A stretch of 64,000 bases of DNA from Mytilus edulis. Its lineage: Eukaryota. The translations under genes were made by a program, and so were the position numbers. How positions within the stretch are numbered: position 1 is the first letter of the stretch; every line of letters begins with the position of its first letter. The DNA lies in contig NC_092345.1 in NCBI RefSeq assembly GCF_963676685.1, positions 72,912,001-72,976,000 on the forward strand, read 5' to 3'. The notes under the pieces were generated by a model, which was not told where the DNA came from, ran no database searches, and saw nothing but the letters and a program-made list of their open reading frames with translations. Of the stretch, positions 1 to 13,880 are shown one piece after another.

Positions 1-1183
1 ATGTTAAATTCTATACTCATCTTTGCGTGTTAAATTTTGACGTTAAAATTGAATAATTTCAACTATCAACATTTTGGGCTTTGAAAATTAAAATATTGCA
101 AAAAAATACTTTTTAAATGCCCTAATATATCATTTATTATGTACTAAAAGCAATAGAGTACTCATTTGATTTATCAGAGTTAGCATCATTATTCAAAAGT
201 CAAATTTATATCAGCCTGGGCCTAAAAATTGAGGTTTTTCAATGAAAGGGGGCCTTACATGAAGATGTAATATTTTCCAGCAATTTTAAATTTGTGAAGC
301 TTTTTGGTTATAAATAATCCTTACATATGTATTGAATGTACTTTAAATGGAAAGAAAAGTCACAAATAACACATCATATTAGTTTAAAAGGGTCTTAAGC
401 CAAGTAAGACTGGAAAAAAATAAGGGTCAATTTAGGCCGTGCCACATATTTACATTAAAAAATGCATATTGAGGCTATAAGAAATAAAAAATTGTGTCTT
501 TTTTATCATTTCTATACTCATGTGATATGATACAACAAATCTGAGCACAAAAAGGCTCTTGCAATTAACTTTTCTTACAGACAGTATGGTCTGATACAAA
601 GATTTTTGCCTTTTTAATGAAAAACTTGATTGTAATTTTAGTCTCAACAGGCTTATATTTAAACCACTTGCTATCCTACAGAAGAAAAGAGAGATATTAT
701 GTGAGATGGAACAGGTACAATAGACATTGTAAAGTGCTTTTGATACAAATTTAGTGAGGTCTTTATTGTGGACTTCAAATTTTATGTACCAAGAACCCCA
801 CTTTTGACTTCATCCAAACAGGGCGTTAGACAAGGGTCATTTATACAACACATTTTGTACATATTGTCTGAGATAATCTTCTTTTCTGTAGATTCTGAGT
901 TCAAAAACAAGTAAAAGAACTAGATAAAGGCATAGAAACACAAGTATTGACACATGAAAGCCTGTCAGATAGAAAGTCAGGATGCCATGTATGCATCAGT
1001 ATTGAAAAAGCCTTGAAATGCCTATTTTGACCATAAAATGCCAAAATTGGTCATTTTTGCAGATATTCTATTAAATAAAAGTTTAAATCCTTTAGTTTCA
1101 TGCTATTTGACAAATTGACACCACCAAATCATTTAGGGAAGATGCCAAAGTACAGATTCTATATTTACAGACTTCACCTCTTA

Positions 1184-1634
1184 GGTCCGAGAACACAATT
1201 AATTCGTAGTGCATTTCTTTTAGAACATAAATGAAAATTAAAAAATTCCCACCTGCGCTTTCTCAATGAAATTTTTACAGTGTGTTGTACTACTTTTGGG
1301 ACAAATTATATCAAAATTATAGAAAACTTCATCGCCTCTAACTCAAAATATGGACAATTTTGTGTTTAGGGTGTCTTGAAATCTTTTGACAGCTTCCGAA
1401 GTGCTAATTTTTAACCTTTTTCAGCTGGACCAAATCACTACTTTTCTGTAAAATTCTGGACCCAAATTTTTTTACAGTGTAATTTCACCCCCCTACTTAC
1501 AATTTGAGGCATTAAACATGGAGAAATAAATTTGGAAGAGGTATAAAAATTATTGGCAAGTAACCCACTGTTAACACTAGGGACTATATTCGTGAACAAC
1601 GAAAATCAAGGGACGACAATTGTGGTCTCGGACC
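1184..1634. mobile_element. MITE-like element with 17-bp terminal inverted repeats
   Basis: ggtccgagaacacaatt (1184-1200) and aattgtggtctcggacc (1618-1634) are inverted repeats with one mismatch; noncoding interior; no clear TSD. Confidence 0.6.
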
Positions 1635-2157
1635 AGAACTGAGTTAGTATCTGTATGTAATTACGTTACTAGGAAATCACTATCACACATCCTTTTACTT
1701 TACATTTCCACACATGATTTGATCAATAAAAATGATACATTAGGAGCACTAAAGTTATACATAAGAAAGTGTTCAAAGTTCAAAGTGTTAATTGAGTTAA
1801 AATTCTTTACTGCAGCAGCTGAACGTTGTCTAGTGGGTTGTCGGACGGCTTGTACAGTTTAAAAATTTGCAATAACTTTGTAAAAATTTTATTTGAGAAA
1901 AATGTTATTTTCATTATTAATCCATCAAAGACAATTCATATAAAAATCAGTGATATCAAAGATTTCAAATAATCAGCAATCAAAATTCAATCAACAGTAA
2001 TTAAAAGTAATTATAAAATAAAGTGTAACAATGCATCCTAGAATTTTATTTCATTAATATTCTGTATTTAACTTTTAATAGATATACATAAATTTTAATA
2101 TATATTTCTTTCATTAATGTAACGTATCCATTGTACATATCATATTAAAATGAAAAT

Positions 2158-2258
2158 AGGGCGAACGAACCCAGGGCGAACGGATTACCAGGGCGAACAA
2201 ACTCAGTGCGAACGAACCTAGGGCGAACATGTAATCAGGGCGAACGATCCCGATACCA
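2158..2258. repeat. Cluster of (A)GGGCGAAC motifs, probable terminus of a foldback-type TIR element
   Basis: Six GGCGAAC-like motifs in about 100 bp; related motifs bound the element at 55454-56147. Confidence 0.5.
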
Positions 2259-2700
2259 TAAATGTCGCTACGGCGATACCAGTGGTATATTTTGTAGCCA
2301 TTGTTTATAAATTACTATCTGAACCATCAGTCTTGCTCTGATCTTTCAATGGCGACAAGGATACAAAACAAAGAAGGAAGCAGTATTTAGTGTAAATAAA
2401 GAACTTCTGGGATACGCAACTGTACTGCGTACTGGTTTGATTTCCACATGACTGAGTTAAATAAAAACAAATCTCCAAAAACACCATAATTAATTATGTT
2501 AACTACATGTAGCACAGCCAAATAATATAAATGACAATTTTTACAGCTTTCTGATGTGAATATCATGAATATAGAAATATGAACGCCTTTCTTTAAGCAA
2601 CAGCAAAAATCTACTACATTTTTAAATTTAACATGTATCGAAGTGAAGTACTTGAACTCTTGCATGTGCCAAGTACACACGTCACTTGTCCATTGTCAGT

Positions 2701-2826
2701 AGTACTAGTTCAAACAGTTATGACGTCTTGAAAGGCTATTATATTTTTTGGTTGACGCTATCAATGTAAGGGGTAAAAAAAAAATGTGATCTATAGCCTT
2801 TCAAGACGTCATAATTATTTGTACTG
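2701..2826. mobile_element. Small palindromic MITE with 9-10 bp target duplication
   Basis: 22-bp inverted arms ttatgacgtcttgaaaggctat / atagcctttcaagacgtcataa; flanked by direct repeat cattgtcagt at 2691-2700 and 2827-2836. Confidence 0.7.
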
Positions 2827-3958
2827 CATTGTCAGTAAAATGCTCTAAGGACGAAGATTATACTGAGCATATTTTTAAGGATGACTAAAAGAAACTTTGC
2901 ACGCATGCCATGTATTGTTGTTTTATAAATTTGAAAACCTCTGACCAATTTTTCTTAAACTTTTAATGATTATGAAGGATATTTAGATGTTCTAGGTTAT
3001 AGGATTTTCTGTCTATTTATTCATTCATTGAAAAGTGGTTTCAACAAAACCGAAAATTAATCCTGCTTTAATTTGTGCCCAGTACATGTAGGTCTGTAAT
3101 TATACATGACAAGAGGATTTTTTGTATGCGGGACATGTAAAATTACATAAAGTAATTAAAAATTAAAGTACAACTTTAGAAAAATATTGTTAAACAATGT
3201 ACATTGTAGGTTACTACCCAGCACTGTTGACTTAGATCTGCCTTTTTAAAATTATTGATGAATGTTTCACTGCAATCAAAAATTAACACTTCAAACCAGC
3301 GCAGTCTATGTGAAATTTCATGTATATTTTTAACTAAATTTTGATGTTTAAAAGACTTTATGTGTTCAGGTTTAACTGATTTACAGGCATGACAGGTGCA
3401 ATACTTTATGGAAGAAATATATCCGTGAACAATTCCAAAATGTATTCCTGATCTTAAGTCATTCTAAACTGACATCCTTTTTTGCTGGATGTTCTAAAAA
3501 ATTTCACTTAGGCTGCCAAGGTTTCACAAATAACTTTGCTTGCATGTCTGATTATTTTTTTTTTTTATTTAACATGTTTAAATATCCAACAAAGATCTGT
3601 TACTGCTGGATATAAATGATGTTTTGAACCCCATTGACTGTTCATAAAAATGTTGTGTAACATATTTAAAGTGGTTATAAGTACAAAATTAATTTTTGAA
3701 CAACCCCAAAAAAAATTTGCATTGTATTATGGTATGATGTTTTAGTCGTCGTCCCAAGACACATTTAGTTTTTTGAACAATAACTTAAGTTTAAGTGAAT
3801 GGATCTCTATAAATTTTTAAGAGAAGGTTTCTATATACCTATATATAATTATCATTGAATTTGACCATTGTTGACACCATATCATTTAATAAGGGATAAA
3901 TATATATACAAATGTAAATTTGCATGTTTGCATGAGTTTTTTTTTTGTTCTTTACAGT

Positions 3959-6023
3959 ATGGATGATACCTGCACAAGTAGAAAACAATACAGAAAAGAA
4001 TACAAGAGACAGTGGATAGCTGCTTCAAGAGCTTTGAGGCAGTCGTCTAGTCATGCTATTACCCAAGAACACTTATCTGACAATTACAACAGTGATGTTG
4101 AGCATCACTTCAATCATGAACAAGAAGTTGAAGATGTGGACAGCCTTTGTAGTTCATCATTCAATACTTGTCCACAGTTGGCGTCGCATGAACCAGAAGA
4201 AATTGTTTCAGTGTCAGATAACAGTTTTCCTACAATTGATCTTGAAGAAGATGATTCTGATTTGTTTCACTTTCATTCAATAACCACAGACATAGAAAAT
4301 ATTTTGGACTCTGATGAAGAAGACTTTGAAAAAGATACTATTTTAGCAAATGATCTTGCTCAATGGGTGAATGAAAATTCAATTGAACATAATGCTGTTG
4401 ATGCTCTTCTACATTGTAGGTGTCTTAAAAAAGCATGGACACTCTTCATTGCCATTGACTGCCAGAACATTGTTAGGAACTATGAAAAATGTGACAACAG
4501 AAATTAAATCAGGCATGGAATATATTTTTTTTGGTATAGTTAAACAGCTGCAATCGTGTTATTCTTCGCTGTCAGAAGAAAAACAGAGTGAATTGTCAGA
4601 AGTTAGCTTATCATTCAATATTGATGGTCTGCCATTGTTCAAAAGCACTAACACATCTCTGTGGCCTGTCATTTGTAAGGTTCACATCAAGCCTGTTCAA
4701 ATTTTTCCAGTTGCCTTAACATTAGGAAGATCTAAGCCATCAAATCTAGATTTTTTGAGAGAAACTATAAGAGAATTAGACAATGTACTTCAAAATGGAT
4801 TTCCTTCTGGTAATCGCACTATTAAAGTGAATTTGAAAGGCATAGTGTGTGATGCTCCTGCTAGAGCCTTTGTTAAAGGAACTAAACTATACTGCGGCTA
4901 CTATGGCTGTGATAAATGTGCCCAAAAAGGAAATTGGATTGGTAGGATGACTTACCAAGATATTAATAACTTGACCTTAAGAACAAATGAAACATTTAGA
5001 AACTCTTTAAATCAAGAACATCACAATTATCTCTCTCCATTTTGTGATTTACCAATGGACAAATTAGACATGATTAAACAGTTTCCTTTAGATTACATGC
5101 ACCTAGTATGTCTTGGTGTAATGAAGAAGTTACTTTTAACTTGGAAAAGAGGCAAATTGGATGTTAGACTGTCCAATCAACAAGTTCAAGAAATAGGTCG
5201 CAAACTAGTTAGATTACGATCATTTGTTCCTGAATTTTTTGCCAGAAAACCAAGAAACATGGATGAAATTGATCGATGGAAAGCCACTGAATTCAGGCAG
5301 TTTCTTCTGTACACTGGCAAAATTGTCTTGAAAGACATTTTAAGGTCAGATATGTATAAGAATTTCATGGCATTAAGTGTTGGAATATCAATATTGGTTT
5401 GTTCAAGTTCAGTCCAAAATCATGCTGACTATGCACACAATCTGCTCGAGTATTTCGTTGAAAGTGCAAGAATAATTTATGGTCCAGAGTTTTTGGTTTA
5501 CAATGTACACAGCTTACTTCATATTACAGACGAAGCTAAAGAATATGGAAATTTAGATGAATGTTCAGCATTTGCCTTTGAAAACTATTTACAGAAATTA
5601 AAAAAAATGGTAAGATCAGGAAGGAGTCCCATGGTACAAATTGTGAAAAGATTAGATGAGCTGGAAAAATTCAATAGTACCAAGAGAGAAGAAAGTTTTC
5701 GAAGGTCAAGTGTTCTAAAATTTAAACAACCAAACAATGCTTTTGTCATGGACAATAACCAGTGTTGTGAAATCATTTCAAGGACTCAACAAGTTGATCC
5801 AAATGATCCTGAAAAATTATTGTTGCTGTGTAGAGTTTATGAAAGATCAGAACCACTTTTCCGTGCACCTTGCGATTCAAGACTGATTGGGGTTTATAAA
5901 GCCTCACCAAGAAATACTAGGATGAAGCTCCTGTCACCTGACAAGCTGGGCAAAAGGGCAATGCTCATAGATATGGACCAGAATGAACCAGTAGCATTTT
6001 TAACTATACTGCATGAAATGTAA
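3959..6023 (+). pseudogene. EnSpm/CACTA-type DDE transposase, frameshifted by a 7-nt insertion (685 aa if repaired)
   Basis: Motifs FNIDGLPLFKS, LWPV, CDAPARAFVK, GYYGCDKC, FPLDYMHLVCLGVMK, RWKATEFRQFLLY, VYNVHSLLH and SAFAFENYL are typical of animal EnSpm transposases. ORFs 3920..4507 and 4371..6023 join as ...HNAVDALL-GVLKKHG... when 4412-4418 is removed. ATG 3959 follows acceptor tttacag. Confidence 0.88.
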
Positions 6024-6670
6024 TGTGAGTAAGTAAAAGTGAATAGAGCTAATATATATCTCCATTATAATATACATAATTACATTTGACATGTTAAAAA
6101 TTTACTGTACATGTAGTAAAAACGTCAAATTTCTTTTTCAATCAGACAAACTCAAATTCAAATTGTTTGGCACAGACTGTGTGTGTGTGTTTATTTATAA
6201 CATGTATGCAAGACTTGTCAAAGCTCTACCCACAGAACTAAATCTCCAACTGGTGAGACAAGCAAATTACTCCGTAATAAATGTGTTTTCCCCAACGATA
6301 ACATGGTTAAGTGCTGAAAGAAAAGGGTACATTGTACCAAATCATGTAAATTTGCATGTTCATGTACATTTTTTTAGATAGACATGTACAAGTATTAGTT
6401 ACAGAAACATGCATGTATGTGTAATAGTGTAGAGAGCATGGTACAAATGTACATGTAGATAATACTAACACTTAAATGGAAAGCATTGTGCATTAAAGAA
6501 TGGGCAAGAAGATGATTTATATGTCATGTATGTGATGTGAAGTACATTGTATTATGCAGATGAAATAGATTCTATCAATGTAGCCACCATGAGCTGAAAC
6601 ATCATTTATTTGTATTTAATTGTACATGTTATTCAGTATTTAACTAGTTTTACTTTTCATTATCTTTCAG

Positions 6671-9600
6671 ATGTCCAACCATAATGTGTATGTTGTTGTT
6701 GAGTTTCTAAGAGAAAAATCAGTTGAAGTGGTGCACTTATCATGGCTCGAAGGATCTGGAGAGGTAATATAATGTTTGTAACTTTTAAAACATTCTTTTA
6801 AAAAAATAACTGTACAATGTATACTTTTTCATACATCCTTTATAGTATTAGTACAGAAGTTTTCCTCAGTGTTTGTACTGCCGGTCACCAAGTTTCTAAA
6901 TCACCTCCTGTTCATAATTACTTTAACACCTGTCTACAGTTCAGTTTATGAACATCTTAGTGTATTATAATTTTATGTTGAAAAACTAGATTTTCACTAC
7001 ATACTATACTTTTGTGTATTCATTTATTTTTGTTGATTGGCTGAAGTCTCTACAAGGCTATAGAAATTTTGTATTAGTTGAATATTGAATTTCATGGTTC
7101 TCCAGTCCAGGAAAAAGGTAATATCAAGCTTACAATTATCTGTGTCAAAAGTCTGATGTGAAAATCAACTATTGTGTTGATAAATTATGAGTTTGAGATT
7201 TGTTTACTTTATATTTCTAGGATGCAGTTTGTTACTGGCCCCCAACCACAATAAATCTTGCCCAAAGAATTAGAAGAGGAGAGATACCAGACAAGGAAAG
7301 GTGGATCGCCCATCCTATTAGAACTTTTCATCATACAGGTAAACAAATTGATGGTCTAGAATACAGTTTATCAGGGAAGGATATATATATATATACTTTT
7401 TTTAAACTTGGGGCATAGACAGAAATTTTACATAGAATTAAGGTAGATCACAAGTATATATTTTTTGAGACAGAATTTTTTCATAATTTACCAAAATGAA
7501 GATTTTATTATGCTCTTTTCAAAAATTTAATAAAAAGTATGGGTCACCGTGCTATTTTTCAAGCTATGGGTCGTTGAAAATTGCCAAAATTTGGTTAGTT
7601 TGTTCATGAAAAAACACATTAGTGTGCATAAAAAAAATTCTATGAGGTAGAATTATGAAATAAATTGTGAGAAGAAAGGTTTCATAATATGTTTTAAGAA
7701 AATAAAAAGAAAACATGGTGTCACCGAACTTGTTTTCTTGCTACAAGTAAAAATAAAAAATTTCCCTATTAGCCCAGTATAAATTTTGTACTAAAAGAGT
7801 TATTTCCCCTTAAATGGCTCATTTGAAAAAAAATAATTTTTATACCAAAAAAATTGATATTTGTTAAAATATTTTGAATAATACAATTAATTAAGAATTT
7901 GTCTTCAAATAGAAAAAATAGTCTAACTATTGAATTGCCAATCTGTCTCCAAATTTGCAGATTTAGGCAAATAATTAGACCGATTTTGTACTGCGATTGT
8001 GCAATTCAAGATGGCGGTATACCATGAATCTACCTTAAGAAGATATATGGCAAGAAAGCCAATGAGACAACTCTCCATCCAATATATATATATAGACTAG
8101 TTAATATAGACTAGTTAAGACATACATACAAGTATTGTATAACCATGCATGGTTATTGATTATGTTCTCACTTTATTGTTTAAAGTTCTTACATGTATTT
8201 CATTCATGTCTTCTTTTTTTTTAAAGTAAAAGACAATCATTTTTATATATGAACAAGTAAATTGTTAATACTTATATGTTCATTTACGTTTTAACAGATG
8301 ACTATGATAAAGCAGATCAATACTGCAAAAAGTTTGAAGTTACGAGTAATGTCGAGTCAGAAATAGAGCAGGAAGTGGCACAGGGAAGAGTAATAAGTAA
8401 GCCTGACAGATTAATCTCAGATGATTCTGATGAAAATAATAGAGGTTGGTATATTTGGTGAAAAGCTATTTTTATGTCTTCAAAAATATTTTCAAAAGTA
8501 ACTCACATGCTTTATTAACCATGTATTACACATGCATAAAATTCTCTATAGCTGTTTAGACACTTAATCATAAAATGCAAAATGATTTCATGCTAAATAA
8601 AACAAGTGCAACTCTTATTTGAAATGAGTCTGCAATTACTTGTACTTTAATATTGTCACAAAACAATAGTTTTAATTTTATCTTCAAAATTGAAAGAAAT
8701 CCCTCAGATGGCTAAGCAATTTTCCGTTTTAAAATCGTTTCATTTTTAACTGTTGCCTTTTTGAATGTTCATGGACGTTTTAGAATAATGGGAAGAAAAT
8801 TCATGAAGTAAGTGAGATTTAACAGTCAAAACAAGTTAATTGAGTGAATTTTTGACATCGTTTTATTTTTATACATGTAAAGGACACCAAACTTTGAAGT
8901 TATCTCAAAATGACTAAAATTATGTTAAAATTTGCTAGATCCTTGTTCATGTGATCATTCATAGCACAGCTGTTGATTCTCTAATTTATTTGTAAAATTT
9001 CTTTCAGAAGAGCAGGATAATGAAAAATTACCAGACTTAAGCTTGCATGTACAAAAGCAGAGAAGGTTAAAAAAAAAAAGACAGCGTGAAGAAAGAGATT
9101 CTGACAGTAACGATGGTATGTTTTCCTATTCCCACCCTTATAATGAGTCTCATTTTCTACCAGACTCTTACACAATTGTGCACCATTCATATCAGCTTAA
9201 ATTATAGCAGTGATGTTTATGGTGAGGGTTGGACTTTCCTATGTTAGTCTTAATAGAATTCTTATTTCATCCTATTTTACACTCTGTAATCTGTTACACA
9301 TGCTCTTTTGTCAGGTTGTTGTCTCTTACATTTTCCCCATGACCCATATGGCCCAGATCTAGAGGTTTTTGTGCATACAAAAAGGTGCAATTTTTGTATA
9401 GGATATGTAATACATCCTTGAGATAAGGCATAAGCCCAATCTATTGTATACCAAGATTTGATGGTTTATCCGAAATAATAGACTTCCATATTTTTTTAGG
9501 GGGTCTCACAAATTTAACTTATCATATGGTTAAGCATTAGAAATGAATGATATATGATTATATTCAATGGCATTTTGGTGTTATTATTGATATAAAATGT

Positions 9601-12600
9601 ATATTGTAGAAGAAAGTGTACAGGAACCAAGGAAAAAACTTCCAGCTGCACCCAAGGCACCTATATTTGTACCAGACAGTGATGGGTCAAGGACACAGAA
9701 CTCAAGTCCTACATGTAGGCCTGATGAATCTAGGTTAATATCACCTAATAGAGATGCACATGTATCAGGAGGACTTAACTCAAGTCCGACGTGTAGGCCT
9801 GATCAATCTAGCCAATCTAGGTTTATTTCACCTAATAGAAATGTACAGGTATCAAGAGGACTTAACTCAAGTCCTACATGTAGGCCTGATCAGTCATCGG
9901 TGGTTACACCAAATAGAGATGTCTCAAAAAGACAGGATTCAGCATATAGGCCTGTTCCATCTACAAGTGGTCGATCAAGACAAGACTCCTCATGTAGTAA
10001 GTGTTCTATGGCATTTTTATGATGTATGTATCATTCTAGAGACATACATTTATCATGTTTATGTAATGAAGAGCACTTTTAACTCTTTTAAATAGAAAAT
10101 TATTTTATTATCAAGTAAAATGTGACAAGCTTGTGAATGCAATGATTTAGTACTCACATTTTCAAAAATAAAAATCACATTTTGGTCTGAAATCCTGTAT
10201 AGTGTATGTTAAATTTATTGATTTTCTGTAAATAAGGTAAACAAAACTTTATCATGTTTTTAATAACTCCTTATACATGTGTTATAGGTGAACATAATAG
10301 CAGGCAATAATTTCCGATTGTCTAGAACATCATTGCCAGTATGTCTGTCCCAAAAATTTGGGAAGATGACATTAAACCTTCAGTTGATAATATGTTTAGT
10401 TAACAAGACTTGTTGCTTTTATTTCACCCAGTGTAGTTATGTATGAGAAAAAAAACATGCACTTCATACCAAGACAATTGTAGAACTTACTTTCATCATA
10501 GAAATAGGCTATTTGATATTTTTTCCAGCTCAGTAGCTGAATTCTCTAAGATTTTTATCAATTTGTCTTGTAGACTGTCAAACTGTTATTGTTCAAAAAT
10601 TAAGAACATTAGAGGATGGCATCAAAGAAATTAAAACTGCCATTTCACAGCTGGCTGCAACAGGACATGGTGGTGTTGTGGCCACTAGTATTGTGGAAGA
10701 TGTTATTCAGCACCCCATCAACTACATACATGAAATGAGGGACCTTGAGGATAAAATGAAAGATGATCATTTCAAGAATAAACTTGTAAGTTGGTGTCTC
10801 TGATTATTCTTATATGGTTCTTGTTCTCTTTGACATCTCTTTAAAAAGCATTTCTTTTATGTTTTTATTTTTATCAAACTGATGCACTCTAATTTCACTG
10901 ATGTTTTTTACTTTTGAATTCATAGGTTAAATGCATAGAGCATACATAATTGGAGATACAAATTGAAAGAGTCTGTTTATGTATTGTTGTGCAAGTTATC
11001 TTAGAAAATTTAATGTGTCTCAAACATTAAATTTCACGGAAAATACATAAATAAAAACATGACTAAATTGTAATTTTGTAGGTCCAGTATTTGGTGTCAC
11101 AAGGTGGTCACAGCCGTTCAGACTGTATAAGACGGATGATGAAGAAGTGTGGCACTAATCAGTTATGGGCCAAATACAGTTTAAAGGGACAAAAAGGGAA
11201 GGAGGCATTCACAGGTCACCCTTTGTGCAGGATAGTCATGAGTAAGTTGATTACAAAAATATGTGGAACAGCCAGTGCCATTAACATTAGAATAAATTTT
11301 TCATCTGACTTTAATCTCAAAAAGAATTCATGTGATAAATTTGAATATCACATTTCTCACTTATCCATAAACAGAGTGCAACGTTATATAAAGTAATTAA
11401 ATATATAGGACTCAAATCTATGGTGGGTACCAGATCTACGGCAGAGTCTAAATCTATGGTAAATATGACGTCACATCATCCCAAAACTATGTCAGATTTT
11501 TTTAATGTCATAATCAATGGCAAGTTGATATTTCCTATTCTATGGCAGATTTTTGTTGTTTCCAAATATATGGCAAAACTGGGGCTTCTACAGGTACAGC
11601 AGATTTCGTCCTCATCTTTGGGATGATACATGTCAGTAAAATCTTTCTTTAAACCATCCGCAAATTGTTGGCAAGGGAAATACTTTCGACTGGAAGTTCA
11701 AATCTAAAGGTTCAGCTATCTTTGTGGCTGGGACAATTTTATATGGCATTATTCAATTGTGACATTTATTTGTTACCTTTTTTCCCTGGAAAATGATGCA
11801 ATTTAACAATCTCCCATAGTCAAAAACGAAAATCTGGCACAGACTTGATTTGTTTGACATTTGTAACATCACATATGCCATAGATTTGGAATCTGCCATA
11901 AATATGAGTCCCAATTATATATAAAAAAAAGATCGATACAGTTAAATATAATAAGAAAATCTGTAATACTTTTTTCAGAATGTTGTGCAAGAGTGTTTCC
12001 AAAATCAAAGGTTTCAGATATGGAGGAAGTGTTAATTGACTTCCTAAAACAGGCCCCGCACAAGCCAGGAGGACCAAAATATAAGGTATTTTTCGATTGA
12101 ATAGAATATCTTTTACATTTATCTGAAAGGCTTATTTATTTAAAAGTATATTTTTTGCAATTTGAATACTTAGATAAGACAATTTTTGCGCCTGTCCCAA
12201 GTCAGGAGCCTCTGGCCTTTGTTAGTCTTGTATTATTTTAATTTTAGTTTCTTGTATATAATTTGGAAATTAGTATGGCGTTCATTATCACTGAACTAGT
12301 ATATATTTGTTTAGGGGCCAGCTGAAGGACGCCTCTCCGGGTGCGGGAATTTCTCGCTACATTGAAGACCTGTTGGTGACCTTCTGCTGTTGTTTTTTTT
12401 TATTTGGTCGGGTTGTTGTCTCTTTGACACGTTCCCCATTTCCATTCTCAATTTTATTGTCATGTTCTTGACAATAAAATTATTGTCTTTATCCTACAAT
12501 TAAAACTTAATGTTTGTAGCATTTGATTTTGACACGTAAAATATTATTTGTTTGTTGCCCATCTTAGAAATTACTTGATATGCAAAAATTGCAGAAGTTT

Positions 12601-13010
12601 TCCTTGATTGATTATACTGTAAATTCAGAAATTATTGCGCACATTTATTATTGCGATTTTGTCATTTTACACTCGAATGCGATTTTAATTTTTACGATTT
12701 TGAGAAAAAGTCATGCTTAATTCAGTTAAAATATTACAAAATGCGAGTTTTAATTATTGCGTTTACAACTCCGTCGCATTATTGGCAATAATAAAAACCT
12801 CGCAATAATTTCTGAATTTACAGTTTTAAATTTGCATACATGAGAGCTTGATTAAAAGGGATTACAACAACTATAACTGGGGCTAGAATTAAATGCTTTA
12901 ATAGGGTGCTTGAAAGTACTGATTTTGTTAACAAATTACTTTTTTTATAATTTCAGAAACCTGCAAGAAAAGGACAGACCATAACACAAGATGAATTAGA
13001 GTCTGAATAA
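6671..13010 (+). CDS. DUF4806 (BEN-like) domain protein, 9 exons, 461 aa; accessory (ORF2/TnpA-like) gene of the EnSpm element
   Basis: Exons 6671-6763, 7221-7338, 8298-8444, 9008-9115, 9610-9996, 10574-10785, 11082-11241, 11979-12085, 12957-13010. All are GT-AG and phase-compatible, giving 1386 nt with no internal stop. N-terminus YVVVEF..SVEVVHLSWL..CYWPP, then an acidic/low-complexity linker and a coiled coil (QKLRTLEDGIKEIK). C-terminus SQGG...IRRMMKK.GTNQLWAKYSLKGQKGKEAF...LKQAP matches the DUF4806 pattern from memory. Confidence 0.8.
7442..8034. mobile_element. Non-autonomous TTAA-target element (Kolobok-like) in intron 2 of the DUF4806 gene
   Basis: TTAA|GGTAGAT...ATCTACC|TTAA; purine termini with a TTAA duplication. 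Confidence 0.7.
12182..12456 (+). repeat. Dispersed high-copy repeat (unclassified)
   Basis: gcgcctgtcccaagtcaggagcctctggcc...gggttgttgtctctttgacac...ccccatttccattctcaatttt; fragments of the tail recur elsewhere, e.g. near 9315 and 32447. Confidence 0.55.
12617..12823. mobile_element. MITE with perfect 23-bp TIRs (Tc1/mariner-like)
   Basis: ctgtaaattcagaaattattgcg / cgcaataatttctgaatttacag; TA on the left flank. Confidence 0.75.
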
Positions 13011-13274
13011 ATAAATGATTTAATGTACCTTGATTCTACTGATTTTAGTCCTGTCAATACTGTTTATTTAAGATGTTCAAAAAACTATATTCCAATTTCT
13101 GCAACAATTGAAGCTTTGGCTATAAACTAGATCATTGATTGACATTATTATGATTATATGTCAAATTCTCGTTTAAAGAGATATGAAATCTCCTTGTCAA
13201 TGCAAGAATTTAACCTTATTGAATTGACTTTGAAGGTAACAGGACCCAGTTTAAACAGTGAGAGGTTGACAAGC

Positions 13275-13535
13275 TTTCAATTCAGTGGTTGTCGTTTGTT
13301 TATGTGTTACATATTTGTTTATCGTTCATTTTTTTTTACATAAATAAGGCGGTTAGTTTTCTCGTTTGAATTGTTTTACATTATCTTATCAGGGTCTATT
13401 ATAGCGGACTATGTGGTATGGGCTTTGATCATTGTTTAAGGTCGTACGGTGACCTATAATTGTTAATGTTTGTGTCATTTTGGTCTTTTGTGGATAGTTG
13501 TCTCATTGGGAATCATGCCACATCTTCTTTTTATA
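13275..13535 (+). repeat. Dispersed repeat family ending ...gagttgtctcattggc..atc.t.ccacatcttcttt
   Basis: Same motif in either orientation at about 8040-8080, 24570-24645, 38300-38670, 50180-50460, 55140-55250 and 63900-64000. Confidence 0.65.
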
Positions 13536-13593
13536 TTTGCTTTGGCATAGTTTTTTTTCTCATAAAGAATATTTTGCCTTTAGAGCTTAAGTT

Positions 13594-13880
13594 GTAATGG
13601 TGAGTGTGTTCGCCTCAACTGAAGAGGTCTTGGGTTAGAACTCTGGCCCTGCCAAACCAATGACAATAAAATTATTATTTGTCGCTTCTTCCCAAATGAG
13701 TTAGAACAAAGACTTGTTGGCCTGTCGGGCTAGAACCAAAAAATCTGGCAAAACATGTTGGTCTATTACAAGACAGGGTTTAGCCCAGTTAGTATTAATT
13801 TCTAATAATATTATCTTCACATTAAGAATATGCATCTGACTTGCCACTGGTCATTAAACAAACAACCAACCATCCATCCA
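13594..13880 (+). mobile_element. Degenerate tRNA-derived SINE
   Basis: A-box/B-box-like head (gtaatggtgagtgtgttcgcct...gggttagaactc) and a simple-repeat tail cttgccactgg...aacaaccaaccatccatcc. Confidence 0.45.

Noticed and set aside
1-1180. Possible transposon fragment at the window start
   Set aside because: Looks repeat-derived, but no termini, TSD or coding signature could be identified.
3920-4507. 195-aa ORF as a separate gene
   Set aside because: It is the acidic N-terminus of the transposase, separated by the 7-nt insertion.
13594-13660. tRNA gene
   Set aside because: No cloverleaf can be drawn; it continues into a SINE-like body and tail.
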